Shown here piece by piece: positions 1-10,084 of a DNA stretch of 64,000 bases. The notes beneath the pieces were generated by a model. It ran no database searches, was not told the DNA's origin, and saw nothing but the letters and a program-made list of their open reading frames with translations. Position numbers and translations under genes: made by a program. Each line of letters begins with the position of its first letter. The stretch's first letter is position 1. Source of the stretch: Janthinobacterium lividum (GTDB lineage Bacteria; Pseudomonadota; Alphaproteobacteria; Rhizobiales; Beijerinckiaceae); assembly GCA_050920985.1 (NCBI GenBank), contig JBPBQY010000044.1:22123-86122 (forward strand), in the 5' to 3' direction.

Positions 1-477
1 ACCCGGACCAAGGTCATCGACATGGTCAAGGATCTCAAGATCGCCATGCTCTCGACGCGGGGTCCTGATGGGAAGTTCCACAGCCGGCCGATGGCGGTGA
101 GCGACGCGGAGTTCAAGGGAACACTGTTCTTCCTGACGGATGTCCGCTCCGGCAAGGTGCATGATCTCGAGACGGATCCGGAGACGATCGTCACTTTTTC
201 CGATCACAAGGATCAGAAATACGTCGCCCTGCGCGGCCGTGGCCGGTTGACCACCGACAAGACCGCGATCCGCGATCATTGGACGCCAACCGCGAAGGCC
301 TGGTTCCCGAAGGGCGTCGATGATCCCGATATAGCTCTGATCTCGGTCGATATCGAAGACGCCGAATATTGGGACGCTCCTTCGCGCAAGATGGTGGTGC
401 TCTACGCTTATGCGAAGGCCGCCATCACGGGGCAGAAACCCGGCAACGTCGGCGAGCACGAGCGCATTTCGCTCTAA
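1..477 (+). CDS. General stress protein, pyridoxamine 5'-phosphate oxidase-like FMN-binding split barrel (5' end probably off window)
   Basis: Motifs AMLST..G.FHSRPM, FFLTD..S.KV, YVALRG, W...KAWFP.G.DDP.IALI, AEYWD; the frame is open back to base 1. Confidence 0.85.
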   Translation, partial: TRTKVIDMVKDLKIAMLSTRGPDGKFHSRPMAVSDAEFKGTLFFLTDVRSGKVHDLETDPETIVTFSDHKDQKYVALRGRGRLTTDKTAIRDHWTPTAKAWFPKGVDDPDIALISVDIEDAEYWDAPSRKMVVLYAYAKAAITGQKPGNVGEHERISL

Positions 478-586
478 GCCGAGACGGAGCCTTTGTCACA
501 GCTGCCGCTGCACGCCGGCTCCCTTCGAAGCGGGAGACGGTGGCTCGCGGCTTTGGAGCCGAACCCGAGTGCGCAAGCCGTCACAT

Positions 587-1771
587 GTGGCTCCCCCGGC
601 CGTCGTGGCCATTCCGGCTCACGACGAGGCTGAGCGTATTCGAGGCTGCCTCGCCGCCCTCGCGATGCAGCGCGATCGGCACGGAATGCCGCTGGCGTCT
701 GGCAGCTTCTCGGTTCTGCTTCTGGCCAACAATTGCCGGGACGCGACGATCGACGTGGCCCGCGCCTTTGGCGAAGTCGCGCCCTTTCCGCTCGACGTCG
801 TCGACTGTCCTCTGCCCCCATCGGAGGCGCATGCCGGCGGGGCGCGCCGGGCCGCCATGGACCGCGCGGCGGATCGGCTTGAGGCGGATGGCGCGCGGGA
901 TGGCGTGATCCTGACCACCGATGCCGACAGCCGGGCCCAGCCGACCTGGGTTGCCGCGACGTTGGCGGGATTTACGCCCGGGGTCGACGCCGTGGCGGGC
1001 TACATCGACGCCGACGCGGAGGAATATCTGGCGCTCGGCAGTGGGTTCCTGCACCGCGGGCGTCTCGAAGACCGGTACCTGTCGCGCGTCGCCGAACTCT
1101 ATGCACTGCTCGACCCTCGCCGTCACGATCCCTGGCCCAATCACCGCGTTCATTCCGGAGCGGCGATCGCAGTGACCCTCTCGGCCTACCGCGCCATCGG
1201 GGGCCTTCCGGTGCGTGCGCTCGGCGAGGACAGCGCTCTGGCGCAGGTTCTCGATGAGGCCGGTTTTCTGATCCGCCACAGCATGGACGCCGTGGTGACG
1301 ACATCCTGCCGGTTCGATAGCCGGGCGCCCGGCGGCGCCGGTGACACGATGCGGGCCCGGCACGAGAATCTCGAAGCTCCCTGCGACGGCGATCTCGAAC
1401 CTGCCGATAGGCTGTTCCGTCGGGCCCGGGCTCGGGGATCGCTGCGCCGCCTCCACGCCTCGGCGCAACTCGGCGACGATCTGTCCTGGCGCCGTCGGCT
1501 CGGGCTCGACCGAGGCGAGGCCGCGGCTCTCGCGGTCGCGGCGGCGGACTTACCTTTTGCGCGGCTGTGGCGTCAGATCGAAGCCAAGAGCCTGTCTCTC
1601 CAGCTAGGAGCACCGCTTCGACCCTCCGATCTGTCGCGGCAGATCGAGGCCATCGAGCGGCTGCTCGGGCGCTTGAAGCGGCTCACGCCGCAGCGGTCAA
1701 CAGGTCCAATCGATATTCAGGCTCTCGCCGAGCCGCGGCCGGACGCCATCGCGGTGCCACTGCCGCGATGA
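587..1771 (+). CDS. Glycosyltransferase family 2
   Basis: VVAIPAHDEAERI, LANNC.D.T, DxD motif LTTDADS, GGLP...GED, TTSCR; GTG start at 587 chosen inside ORF 410..1771. Confidence 0.85.
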   Translation: MAPPAVVAIPAHDEAERIRGCLAALAMQRDRHGMPLASGSFSVLLLANNCRDATIDVARAFGEVAPFPLDVVDCPLPPSEAHAGGARRAAMDRAADRLEADGARDGVILTTDADSRAQPTWVAATLAGFTPGVDAVAGYIDADAEEYLALGSGFLHRGRLEDRYLSRVAELYALLDPRRHDPWPNHRVHSGAAIAVTLSAYRAIGGLPVRALGEDSALAQVLDEAGFLIRHSMDAVVTTSCRFDSRAPGGAGDTMRARHENLEAPCDGDLEPADRLFRRARARGSLRRLHASAQLGDDLSWRRRLGLDRGEAAALAVAAADLPFARLWRQIEAKSLSLQLGAPLRPSDLSRQIEAIERLLGRLKRLTPQRSTGPIDIQALAEPRPDAIAVPLPR

Positions 1772-2270
1772 ACAGGTCGGCGGCTTCGTCGCCGGCGAGG
1801 GGGTAATTGGTGACCCCGAGCCAGTGACACAGCACAATCTGCCCGTTGGGCGAGAGAGAGGCGAGGCAAAGACCCGCCAAGTCCTGAAGGTCCGACGGTG
1901 ACAGATAGTAGAGCACCTCCGAAAGCACGATAAGGTCATAGCGGCCGTCGGGGAAGTCTCGCGGCAGCGTGGCTTCGCGGAACGCCACCCAGGGCCGGTC
2001 TGCATTGATGGCCTTGGCTTCTTCCAGGGCTCGCGCCGAGGCGTCGACCGCCACGAGGCGTTCACAGCGCTCCGCCAGCCGATGCGTGAAGACTCCGATG
2101 GAGCAGCCGACCTCCAGAACTGATGTGTAACGCGGGAGCGGCAGGACGTTCAGCGTCGCACTGTATTTCTCACGCTCGTAGGGACTGGTGCGAAAGCCCC
2201 AGGGATCCGAAGCTTCGGCATAGAGAGCCTCGAAGTAACCGGCGTCGAGCGACGCCTTAGGCTCCGTCAT
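1683..2270 (-). CDS. NodS-like class I SAM-dependent methyltransferase
   Basis: YFEALY....DPW.F.TS.YE.EKY, motif I LEVGCSIG, YDLIVLSEVLYYL, LCHW. Confidence 0.85.
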   Translation of the reverse strand: MTEPKASLDAGYFEALYAEASDPWGFRTSPYEREKYSATLNVLPLPRYTSVLEVGCSIGVFTHRLAERCERLVAVDASARALEEAKAINADRPWVAFREATLPRDFPDGRYDLIVLSEVLYYLSPSDLQDLAGLCLASLSPNGQIVLCHWLGVTNYPLAGDEAADLFIAAVAPRWRPAAARREPEYRLDLLTAAA

Positions 2271-3004
2271 GCCGAAACCCCGATGTAAATCTCGGTGTCG
2301 CCGAGGAAGGGTGCGAGTTGCGCCTCGGTGAAGCAGAAGGCGTCGGGATCGTCGTCAATCATTCGGGTCATCTGCGATTCGTAGCAGTCGATCGCCCGCA
2401 GCTTTGCGGCGCGATCTTCCGCGATGTCGAGCCTGAAGCCTTGCGGCGGGCTGTCTACGATCTCCTGGTCGGCCGCCAGGTGAAGCCCCCAGACCGGATA
2501 GGCCCAGAGCCGCAGGCCGGCCCGAGCGGCCGCGATCTTCGCCATGGAATAGGCGGTCTCGTGGTCGCAATGCGGATCGCGTCCCCAGGTCACGAACAGC
2601 GTCTTGGCGCCGACGTCGGAGGCACGGCGCACGATCGCCTCCACGGCGGCGTCGAAGGCTGGGCCAGCACTGGGCGTCGCGGTATCGGGAAGGTCGAGAA
2701 AGCCGAGGCGCTCCCTGGGCAGCCCGAGTTGCGCCAAGGCCCTCCTCGCCTCGTCCTTGCGCAGGGCGGTCAGGCGTTCGGGCGGAAAGCTTGGCGAATG
2801 GGGGTGTGAGCCTGCACCATCGGTCAAGATGAGAACGTGACCAACGGCCCCCTGCCGCTGTGCCCCTGCGAGCAGGCCGCCGCAACCCAGCGTCTCGTCG
2901 TCCGGGTGGGGTGACAGAACCAGGAAGGGGTCGAGCCCGATCAGATCGTCGAGTTCGCCGAGCGGCAACACCCGGAGCGCCGCGAGATAGTCGCCCGCCC
3001 TCAT
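2267..3004 (-). CDS. PIG-L/LmbE family deacetylase
   Basis: Metal motifs PHPDDETLGCG and DPHCDH, TDG.GSH, K..AI.CY.SQ; ATGA overlaps with both neighbours. Confidence 0.9.
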   Translation of the reverse strand: MRAGDYLAALRVLPLGELDDLIGLDPFLVLSPHPDDETLGCGGLLAGAQRQGAVGHVLILTDGAGSHPHSPSFPPERLTALRKDEARRALAQLGLPRERLGFLDLPDTATPSAGPAFDAAVEAIVRRASDVGAKTLFVTWGRDPHCDHETAYSMAKIAAARAGLRLWAYPVWGLHLAADQEIVDSPPQGFRLDIAEDRAAKLRAIDCYESQMTRMIDDDPDAFCFTEAQLAPFLGDTEIYIGVSA

Positions 3005-4131
3005 GCGTCCCTCCACAGGGTCCGAGCAGGACGGGTGCTGGCCAGAACGCTTGCGGCGGCATCCGCCATCGCACCGTCGGGCGCGGGTTGGCGCAGATAG
3101 GTGGCGAGGTCGCGTGCGACGCGTTCGACCGCGTGAGGCCGCATGAAGGAATTCAGGCCGAGGCCGCGATGCGCCGCCTCCATGACGTCGAGGCCGGCAC
3201 GCTCGACCACGCCGCGCGTGAGTCCCACATAGGCGAGGATTTCGGCTGTTGGACGCGCCTCGTCGGCGACCATGCGAGCGGCTTGGCTAACCCAGAGGAC
3301 GCCGGTTTCTGCCGCTACCGCGCAGGCGGCGATCCTCTGCCGCTGATAGGGATCGGCGCCCCGTCCGAGGCGGACGAGATCGGCGCGATAGAGGTCGAGG
3401 AGACGTTCGACGGCACCGAGTTGCACGGCGCAGAACCGCCAAGCACCCCCGAAGAAATTCGGTTGCCGCCGATAGTCGTCGTCGCCGCCTACAATGTCCT
3501 TGGCTTCAATATCGAGCCCATTGAGGTCGACGGTGCCGGTCGCGGTCGAGCGCATGCCCTGCGCGGTCCAGCGCGACAAGTCCGCCCGCTCCCCTGCCGC
3601 GAGATGCGGGATCACCATGATCGTCGAGCCGTCGCGCGCGACCGGTATGATGGGCCGGGTGACGGATCCGACGCCCGAGGCCAGGATCTTCTGGCCGCCG
3701 AGCCGCCAGCCGGCACCATGGCTGACCAGAGTGGCGGGCACGGCTCCTTCGGCATTCCAGACACCCGAGAGGGCGCCGGCCCGCACGGCATCGGCCAGAG
3801 ATGCGAGTTGGTCCGGCGTTCCGTACCGCTGCACCAGCGCAACCGCATTCACATGTCCCTCGAAGAGCCGGCCGACCGAGAGATCGCCGCCCCCGACAAG
3901 CCGCAGCACCCGGACCAGAGACTCGACGGCGGCGGGCGAAACGAGATCGGCGCCTCCGAGACGGCCGGGGAAGGGGGCCATGGTAAGCCCAGCGCCGTGC
4001 AGGAGCGCGAAGGCCTTCTCAGGAAACTCCGCGGCGGCGTCGCGTTCGGTCGCGCTGGCGAAGAGGATGTCGGCGACCTCGGCGGCGGCGGCCACGTAGT
4101 CTTCCGCTAGAAGGCGTCCTGAATGCGTCAT
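3001..4131 (-). CDS. Acyl-CoA dehydrogenase-like flavoprotein
   Basis: DLSVGRLFEGHVNA, L.GQKILASG, W.A.GMRSTATG, GGAWRFCAVQLG, ER..RDL.TYLRQP. Confidence 0.85.
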   Translation of the reverse strand: MTHSGRLLAEDYVAAAAEVADILFASATERDAAAEFPEKAFALLHGAGLTMAPFPGRLGGADLVSPAAVESLVRVLRLVGGGDLSVGRLFEGHVNAVALVQRYGTPDQLASLADAVRAGALSGVWNAEGAVPATLVSHGAGWRLGGQKILASGVGSVTRPIIPVARDGSTIMVIPHLAAGERADLSRWTAQGMRSTATGTVDLNGLDIEAKDIVGGDDDYRRQPNFFGGAWRFCAVQLGAVERLLDLYRADLVRLGRGADPYQRQRIAACAVAAETGVLWVSQAARMVADEARPTAEILAYVGLTRGVVERAGLDVMEAAHRGLGLNSFMRPHAVERVARDLATYLRQPAPDGAMADAAASVLASTRPARTLWRDA

Positions 4132-4198
4132 GCTCCGCGATGCTCACCCGCCTCCGTCGCGGGTCTCATCGACCCCGGAGGCAGATCCGCGCCTCGCG

Positions 4199-4891
4199 TC
4201 AGCAGCGGAGGTCCTGCTTGCGCAGGCTGAAAACTGTAGCGCCGCTGAAATTGGTCCAGTGATGGGACGGAATATTGCAATCGACGAGCTTGGTCTCGTC
4301 GAAGCGCTCGCGCAGGTCGTACAGCTCCGGAATGGGAAACAGCATGCCGAGCGTCTTCTGCAGCGTTTCGACGCTGAAGCGGCGGACGTGAAGCGACGGG
4401 CCGAAGCGGAGGAGCTTCTCCTCGGGCGAAGCCATGAGCAACTCGTCGGTGAAATCGCCCGGCAGGATCGGAACGCTAAACAGCATGGTCCCGGTGTCGC
4501 TGAGAGAGCGGGCGAGACGCATCAGCACGGCGGAATAGTTGGCTTCCACATGTTCCAGGACGTGATTGTGGACGATGAGGTCGTAGCGGTCGCGCGGCAG
4601 CCCGAAGACATCGTCGCAGAGATCGAGCCGCTCGACCCCGAGCCCGGGATAGCGCGCCGGATCAATGTCGACGGCGCGGTAGTTGGGCCCGCCAATCTCC
4701 CGCAGCAGGGCACTAAGTCCGCGCTCGGGCGCGAAATGCAGGATGTGGCTGCCAGCCCGTGGCTTCAGGAGTTCGGTGACATGCAGCGCCGCGACGCGCG
4801 TGCGCTCGAGAGAGCCGCAGTCGGCGCAGCGCACCGCGGGGCGCTTGGGCATGTGGGTGAAGGCGGTGCCGCCGCAGATGTTGCATTGCAT
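4199..4891 (-). CDS. Class I SAM-dependent methyltransferase with N-terminal CxxC..CxxC Zn-ribbon
   Basis: CNICG...RCADCGSLERTR, ILHFAPE, YDLIVHNHVLEHV, HVRRF; ATG at 4891 chosen. Confidence 0.7.
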   Translation of the reverse strand: MQCNICGGTAFTHMPKRPAVRCADCGSLERTRVAALHVTELLKPRAGSHILHFAPERGLSALLREIGGPNYRAVDIDPARYPGLGVERLDLCDDVFGLPRDRYDLIVHNHVLEHVEANYSAVLMRLARSLSDTGTMLFSVPILPGDFTDELLMASPEEKLLRFGPSLHVRRFSVETLQKTLGMLFPIPELYDLRERFDETKLVDCNIPSHHWTNFSGATVFSLRKQDLRC

Positions 4892-4955
4892 GGTGGGAGG
4901 TTTGCCCCGGCGCGGGTCCGTTCGCAAGACCGCGCCGGCCAACCGGTCAGTTGCG

Positions 4956-5450
4956 TCACGCCTCTCCGGCCGTGAACCGCATCGCCACGCCGTTCATGCA
5001 GTAGCGCAGCCCGGTCGGGCGCGGACCATCGTTGAAGACGTGACCGAGATGGCCGCTGCAGGTCGCGCAATGAATCTCGGTGCGCGCCATGCCCAAGGTC
5101 CGGTCGCGGCTCTCCCCGACCGCGCCGTCGAGCGGTCGCCAGAAGCTCGGCCAACCGGTGTGGCTGTCGAACTTGGTCGAGGAGGAGAACAGGGCCGTGT
5201 CGCAGCCCGCGCAGGCGAAGCGCCCGGCGCGGTGCTCGCGATTGAGCGGGCTCGAATAGGGTCTCTCCGTGCCCTCGCGCCGGAGCACGTCATAGGCCGG
5301 TGCACCGAGGCTCGATTGCCACTCCTCGTCGCTCTTCGTCACGGCGAAATTGCCCTCCGCTGCCAGCGTCTTTTGGCCGAAGCCGAACCAGGACGCTGTC
5401 GCCGCGAAGACTGACCCGAGGGTCAGGATCGATCGTCTGTCGAGCACCAT
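4956..5450 (-). CDS. msrB: Peptide-methionine (R)-S-oxide reductase MsrB with Tat signal
   Basis: GTERPYS, CAGC, KFDS.TGWPSF, RTEIHCATC..HLGHVFNDGP.PTGLRYCMNG; N-terminal DRRSIL. Confidence 0.95.
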   Translation of the reverse strand: MVLDRRSILTLGSVFAATASWFGFGQKTLAAEGNFAVTKSDEEWQSSLGAPAYDVLRREGTERPYSSPLNREHRAGRFACAGCDTALFSSSTKFDSHTGWPSFWRPLDGAVGESRDRTLGMARTEIHCATCSGHLGHVFNDGPRPTGLRYCMNGVAMRFTAGEA

Positions 5451-5786
5451 CGTGAAATCCTCGTTGTGACCGGCGTGTCACCGGTTGTTAGCTCCTAGTG
5501 TTACGATCCTGCCCGACCTCCGGTTTCGGATCGCGGCATTGGACAAGAGCGGAAAATAGAGCTCGGCGACGAGGACGCAATGCGGCAGGGACGTCTCGAC
5601 ATCGGGTGTGTCGTGCTCCACGTCGTCGAGGTGGGCCGGCCGATGGGGCCGCGGTGCCGCTCGGCACGGGGCGAGGTCCGCAGCGCGAACCATTGGAATC
5701 ATGCGGAGGAGGCCGACGCAGTGATTGCAACGCCGATCCGCTTCCTCGGCGGCCGCAGCATCCAAGACGCGTGACGCGCCTTCGGC

Positions 5787-7745
5787 TCACGCCACGAGCG
5801 CGCCGAGCGCCGTGTCGGCCTCGGTCCCTGCCAGCCGGTGGTTCAACTCCGACACTTCGGCCTCCGGCGCGGGACGGCCGAAGTGATAGCCCTGCATGGT
5901 GCGGCAGCCGAGACTTCTCAGGATCAGGACATGGTCGGCCGTCTCGACGCCCTCGACGATGCAGGACAGGTTCAGGTTGCGGCAGAGATCGACGATGGTC
6001 TTGACGATGTCGCGGCTGGCCCGGTCGATCACGACATCGGCGGTGAAGCTGCGGTCGATCTTGATCTTATCGATCGGCAGCCGGCGCACGTAGCCGAGGC
6101 TCGAATAGCCGGTGCCGAAATCGTCGAGGGAGATCTGGACGCCGATCGCCTTGAGGGCCAGGAGCGCCTCCCGGGCCGCGTCGAAATCGTGCATCAGCGC
6201 CGTCTCGGTAATCTCCAGCGCGATTCGACCCGGCGTGACGCCGCTGTTTTGTATCAGCGAGGCGAGCCGGCTCACCGCGACCGGGGATGCGATGTCGTGG
6301 GCGGACAGGTTGAAGGAAAGCCCCACCTCCTCGGGCCAGTCCCGCATGGCGTCGATCGCCTTGCCGAGCAGCACCGCCGTGATGGTGCCGATGAGGCCGA
6401 GACGTTCCGCCGCCACGATGAAGACGTCGGGAGACACCGCGCCGAGCCGCGGGCTGGTCCAGCGCGCCAGGGCTTCGAAGGCGACGACGTGGCGGGCCGC
6501 CACATCCACGATCGGCTGGAAGTGGAGCTTGAGGTCTCGGTCGAGGTCGGCGCGTCGGAGCTCCTGCTCGACGAGGCTCCGAGCCCGGATGGCATCTTCG
6601 TGCTCGGTGGTGAAGAGTACGGCCTGTCCCCTGCTGTGGTCCTTGGCGTAATAGAGCGCGTAATCGGCGCGCTCGATCAATTGCTCGCGATTGCCTGCCA
6701 TGTCGGGAAAGACCGCGCAGCCGATCGAGGCGGCGATCCGGGCCACGCCGGTCGGCAGCACGATGGGAGCTTCGATCGCCTCGCAGATCTGGCGTCCGAC
6801 CGCCGCGATCGCATCCGGTTCGATGTCGCCCGACAGCACGAAGGCGAATTCGTCGCCCCCGAGCCGGGACAGGTGCGCTCCGTCCCCCACGATGGCGACG
6901 AGACGGTGCCCCACTTCGGCCAGGACCAGATCGCCCGCCGTATGGCCATAGACGTCGTTGACCGGTTTGAACCCATCGAGGTCGATCATTCCCAGCGCGA
7001 ACCGTTGATCGTTGGAGGCGGCAGACTCGATCAACGAGGCGAGATCACGAAAGAAGCTCCGCCGGTTGGCGAGACCGGTGAGGCTGTCGAGATGGGCGAG
7101 GGAACTGTTCTCTTCGCTGAGGTCCGCGAGAGCACGACGCGAGCGGATCAACGCGCTAAACTCGTCGAAATGGCGGAACATGATGACCGTCATGATGATC
7201 GCCACCATGCCGAAGTTCAGCGCGACCGCGCAGAGCACGATATTCCCCGAGGTCATGAATGTGATCATGAAGGGAATCGTAACGATCAGCGTCAGAGCTA
7301 GAGCCGCCTGTCGAATATGGACAAGGCAGAAGATGCAGCCGATCACCGTGATCGACATGAAGAAGGCCACGTGAGTCTTAGCGTAGGCGTCGCCGTAGGG
7401 CGCCAGGGCCAGCGACCACGCTGTGAATGTCGCCCCCAGGACGACCACGAGAACGGTGCTTCGCCGCAGATGCTGCCGGATGACCCGGTCCGACATGATG
7501 GTTTCGTCGTACCGCATCCAGGCGACGGCGCGCTGCACGCAGATCGGCAGCAAAACGCCCGGAGCGGAGAGGGTCAGGATGTCGGGCGCGACCTCGTAGT
7601 GGGTGAAAGCGAGAGCCAGGACGTTGCTGCCGAGCAGCAGGAACAGGAGCGGAACATGTTTCTGGAGTGCGCTGAACTGCGCGCGCATCAAGACAGGATC
7701 GAGCGCCGAGGTGCCTATGATGGATCGCAAAGCCGCAGGTGACAT
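5787..7745 (-). CDS. Membrane-anchored diguanylate cyclase/phosphodiesterase (GGDEF-EAL)
   Basis: N-terminal hydrophobic helices, DSLTGLANR, DLDGFK.VND.YGH..GD, GGDEF, EALARW, DDFGTGYSSL, EGVE. Confidence 0.95.
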   Translation of the reverse strand: MSPAALRSIIGTSALDPVLMRAQFSALQKHVPLLFLLLGSNVLALAFTHYEVAPDILTLSAPGVLLPICVQRAVAWMRYDETIMSDRVIRQHLRRSTVLVVVLGATFTAWSLALAPYGDAYAKTHVAFFMSITVIGCIFCLVHIRQAALALTLIVTIPFMITFMTSGNIVLCAVALNFGMVAIIMTVIMFRHFDEFSALIRSRRALADLSEENSSLAHLDSLTGLANRRSFFRDLASLIESAASNDQRFALGMIDLDGFKPVNDVYGHTAGDLVLAEVGHRLVAIVGDGAHLSRLGGDEFAFVLSGDIEPDAIAAVGRQICEAIEAPIVLPTGVARIAASIGCAVFPDMAGNREQLIERADYALYYAKDHSRGQAVLFTTEHEDAIRARSLVEQELRRADLDRDLKLHFQPIVDVAARHVVAFEALARWTSPRLGAVSPDVFIVAAERLGLIGTITAVLLGKAIDAMRDWPEEVGLSFNLSAHDIASPVAVSRLASLIQNSGVTPGRIALEITETALMHDFDAAREALLALKAIGVQISLDDFGTGYSSLGYVRRLPIDKIKIDRSFTADVVIDRASRDIVKTIVDLCRNLNLSCIVEGVETADHVLILRSLGCRTMQGYHFGRPAPEAEVSELNHRLAGTEADTALGALVA

Positions 7746-7861
7746 CAAGGCCCCTCACAATCAGGAGAGGATGCGGCAAGACGAGCTAACGTTTCGCGAA
7801 TATCGGCGTCTGCGCGGAGAGATGGTGAACGGAGTCGAACCCGAACGCCTCGATTCCGCCG

Positions 7862-8365
7862 TCAAAGTCCAAGCGTCTTCTGCATCCAGAGCAGGTCGAG
7901 GTAGCGGTCGAACTTGAAGCCGACCTGCGGCATGAGCCCGACGTTGACGAATCCGAAGCGTTCGTGGAGCGCGATCGACGGGGTGTTGGCGGCATCGAGG
8001 GCGCCCACCATCACATGCTTGCCCAAGGTCCGGGCTCGCTCGATCAGAGCCGGAAGCAGCAGAGCCGCCACTCCCTTTCTCTGGTGCAGCGGAGCGACGT
8101 AGATCGAATGTTCCACGGTGCGGACGAAGCCATCGTGCGGGCGAAAAGGTCCGAAAGAGGCGTAACCAAACAGCGTATCGCCCTCGACGGCGGCCAGGAA
8201 AGGGAAGCCTCGCTCCTGCCGGTCGCGAAGGAAGGCCCGCCGATTGTCGAGATCGACGCCATGGTAGGAGAAATTGGCCGTCGACGTGGCGATGACGTGG
8301 TTGTGAATGGCCAGGACAGCCGGCAGGTCGCTGTCCTGCGCATCGCGGATCTCGATAGCCATCAT
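7862..8365 (-). CDS. GNAT N-acetyltransferase, phosphinothricin/methionine-sulfoximine acetyltransferase (YncA/MddA) family
   Basis: TVEHSIYV....RKGV, N.PSI.LHE.FGF..VG....VG.KF.R.LD. Confidence 0.9.
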   Translation of the reverse strand: MMAIEIRDAQDSDLPAVLAIHNHVIATSTANFSYHGVDLDNRRAFLRDRQERGFPFLAAVEGDTLFGYASFGPFRPHDGFVRTVEHSIYVAPLHQRKGVAALLLPALIERARTLGKHVMVGALDAANTPSIALHERFGFVNVGLMPQVGFKFDRYLDLLWMQKTLGL

Positions 8366-9951
8366 CGCGTCTCGTCTGTCGGTTCGGGCGGCCGAAGCGC
8401 ACGGCCGCGGCGCCGGGCATTACCCTCGGCCCAGTCGAGTTCCTCCTCGACATCACGATACGCATCGTCGCCGATGTCCCGATCGTTGCGCAAGCGGATC
8501 AACGTCTCGCGCTCGGCCCGGATCGCCGCCATACGCAGCTTGCCGAACACTTTGGGGCGCAGATGGCGCATGGTCTCGTCCTGGAGCACCACGGCATATT
8601 CCTTGCGCAGGATGGCGGCCTCGGGTTCCGAATTGCCGTCGAGCGACTGCAAGGCGGCGCGCGTCGCCTCCTGCCGGGCAAAGGCGCGCTCGCGGTCGCC
8701 CCGGCCATCGTCGCCCAGATCGAGCCAGCGCAGCAGCGGCCCGAGCGTGAGGCCCTGGATCACCAATGTTCCGAGCACGACCGCGAAGGCCGCCACGATG
8801 ACGAGATCGCGGTGGTCGGCCCGGGCGAAGGCGCCATCGAAGGGCAGCGCCAGCGCGGTGGCGAGAGTCAGGAGACCCCGCATGCCGCACCAACCGACCA
8901 CCAGCGCGCTCTTGTAGCTGCGCGGCGCGGGTGTCCGGCTTTCTTCCGAAAGCGTCACCCGCTCCACGAGGCGTGCGATGACGTTGTAGGTGAAGGTCCA
9001 GCAGAGCCGCACCGCGATGACGGTGCCGAGGATCGCCAGCCCGAAAGCGGCGTAGCGCATCACGCCGCCGGGGATCGAATCGCCAATGTCTTGCAGTTGC
9101 AGGCCGACCAGGATGAACGCCAAGGCGTTCAGGACGTAGACGGCGACCTCCCAGACAGCGAACGAGCCGCGGCGCGTCTCGGCGTTCTGTCGTGTCGGAG
9201 TCAGGCGGGCCAGCACCAGCGCATAGACCACGATGGTGAGGACCGTCGAGACGCCGAGCTTCTCGGCGATGATCCACACCGCGAAGGTGGCGACGAATTG
9301 CGTCACGACCGCGATGGAGAGGTCGGTGATCCGGGCCGTCATGAACAGATAGACCCGGGCCAGCACCCAGCCGAGCAGCACCGAACCCAGCGAATTGGCC
9401 AGGAACAGCGGGACGGCATGGCTCACCGTCAGCGTGGTCCCGAGCGCGGCCGTGACGGCGAGCCGATAGACCAGGAGCGCGCTGACGTCGTTCAGCAGCC
9501 CTTCCCCCTCCAGGATTACGACCAGACGGCGGGGGGGCGATAGACGGCCGAGGATCGCCGTGGCCGAGACGGGATCGGGCGGCGACACGACGGCGCCAAG
9601 TGCTATGGCGACCGACCAGGGCATGTCGGGCACCAGCCATCGCGCCATGATGGCCACGGCCGCGATCGTCAGCGCGACGGCAACGAGCACGAGGCTCGAC
9701 ACCGGGATCCAGTTCTCGCGCAGATCGCGCGGCGAGGCGTCGAAGGCGGCGTCGAGAATGACGGGGGCGACGAAGAGGGTCAGCGCAAGATCAGGGTCGA
9801 GCCGAATACCCTGCACGTCGATCGGAGCGATCGCGAGCGCCGTGCCGGCCAGGGCCAGCACCACCGGATAGGGCGCCCCGACACGATTCGCCAAAGCCGT
9901 CAGGACCGCGCCGCCGAGCAGCAGCGTGATGAGAAGTTCGAAGAGTGGCAT
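8362..9951 (-). CDS. CPA1-family Na+/H+ antiporter
   Basis: About 12 TM helices; SPPDPVS, ILEGEGLLND, GWCGMRG, TLVIQGLTL, EEELD. Confidence 0.9.
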   Translation of the reverse strand: MPLFELLITLLLGGAVLTALANRVGAPYPVVLALAGTALAIAPIDVQGIRLDPDLALTLFVAPVILDAAFDASPRDLRENWIPVSSLVLVAVALTIAAVAIMARWLVPDMPWSVAIALGAVVSPPDPVSATAILGRLSPPRRLVVILEGEGLLNDVSALLVYRLAVTAALGTTLTVSHAVPLFLANSLGSVLLGWVLARVYLFMTARITDLSIAVVTQFVATFAVWIIAEKLGVSTVLTIVVYALVLARLTPTRQNAETRRGSFAVWEVAVYVLNALAFILVGLQLQDIGDSIPGGVMRYAAFGLAILGTVIAVRLCWTFTYNVIARLVERVTLSEESRTPAPRSYKSALVVGWCGMRGLLTLATALALPFDGAFARADHRDLVIVAAFAVVLGTLVIQGLTLGPLLRWLDLGDDGRGDRERAFARQEATRAALQSLDGNSEPEAAILRKEYAVVLQDETMRHLRPKVFGKLRMAAIRAERETLIRLRNDRDIGDDAYRDVEEELDWAEGNARRRGRALRPPEPTDETR

Positions 9952-10084
9952 GGCGGAAGCCTACGCGAGTTCGTCCGGCCGGAGTAGCGCCTTGAGAGCG
10001 ACCCGATCAGGTGAGCCTCGTCGGTTTGCGCCCGATGGGCTTCGGCCCTAGCATGGCGTCTCCCTTCGGTGAGGCCCCATCTCC

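Noticed and set aside
5478-5790. Short ORFs between msrB and the GGDEF-EAL gene
   Set aside because: Arg/Pro-rich compositions typical of non-coding frames; no family or RBS support
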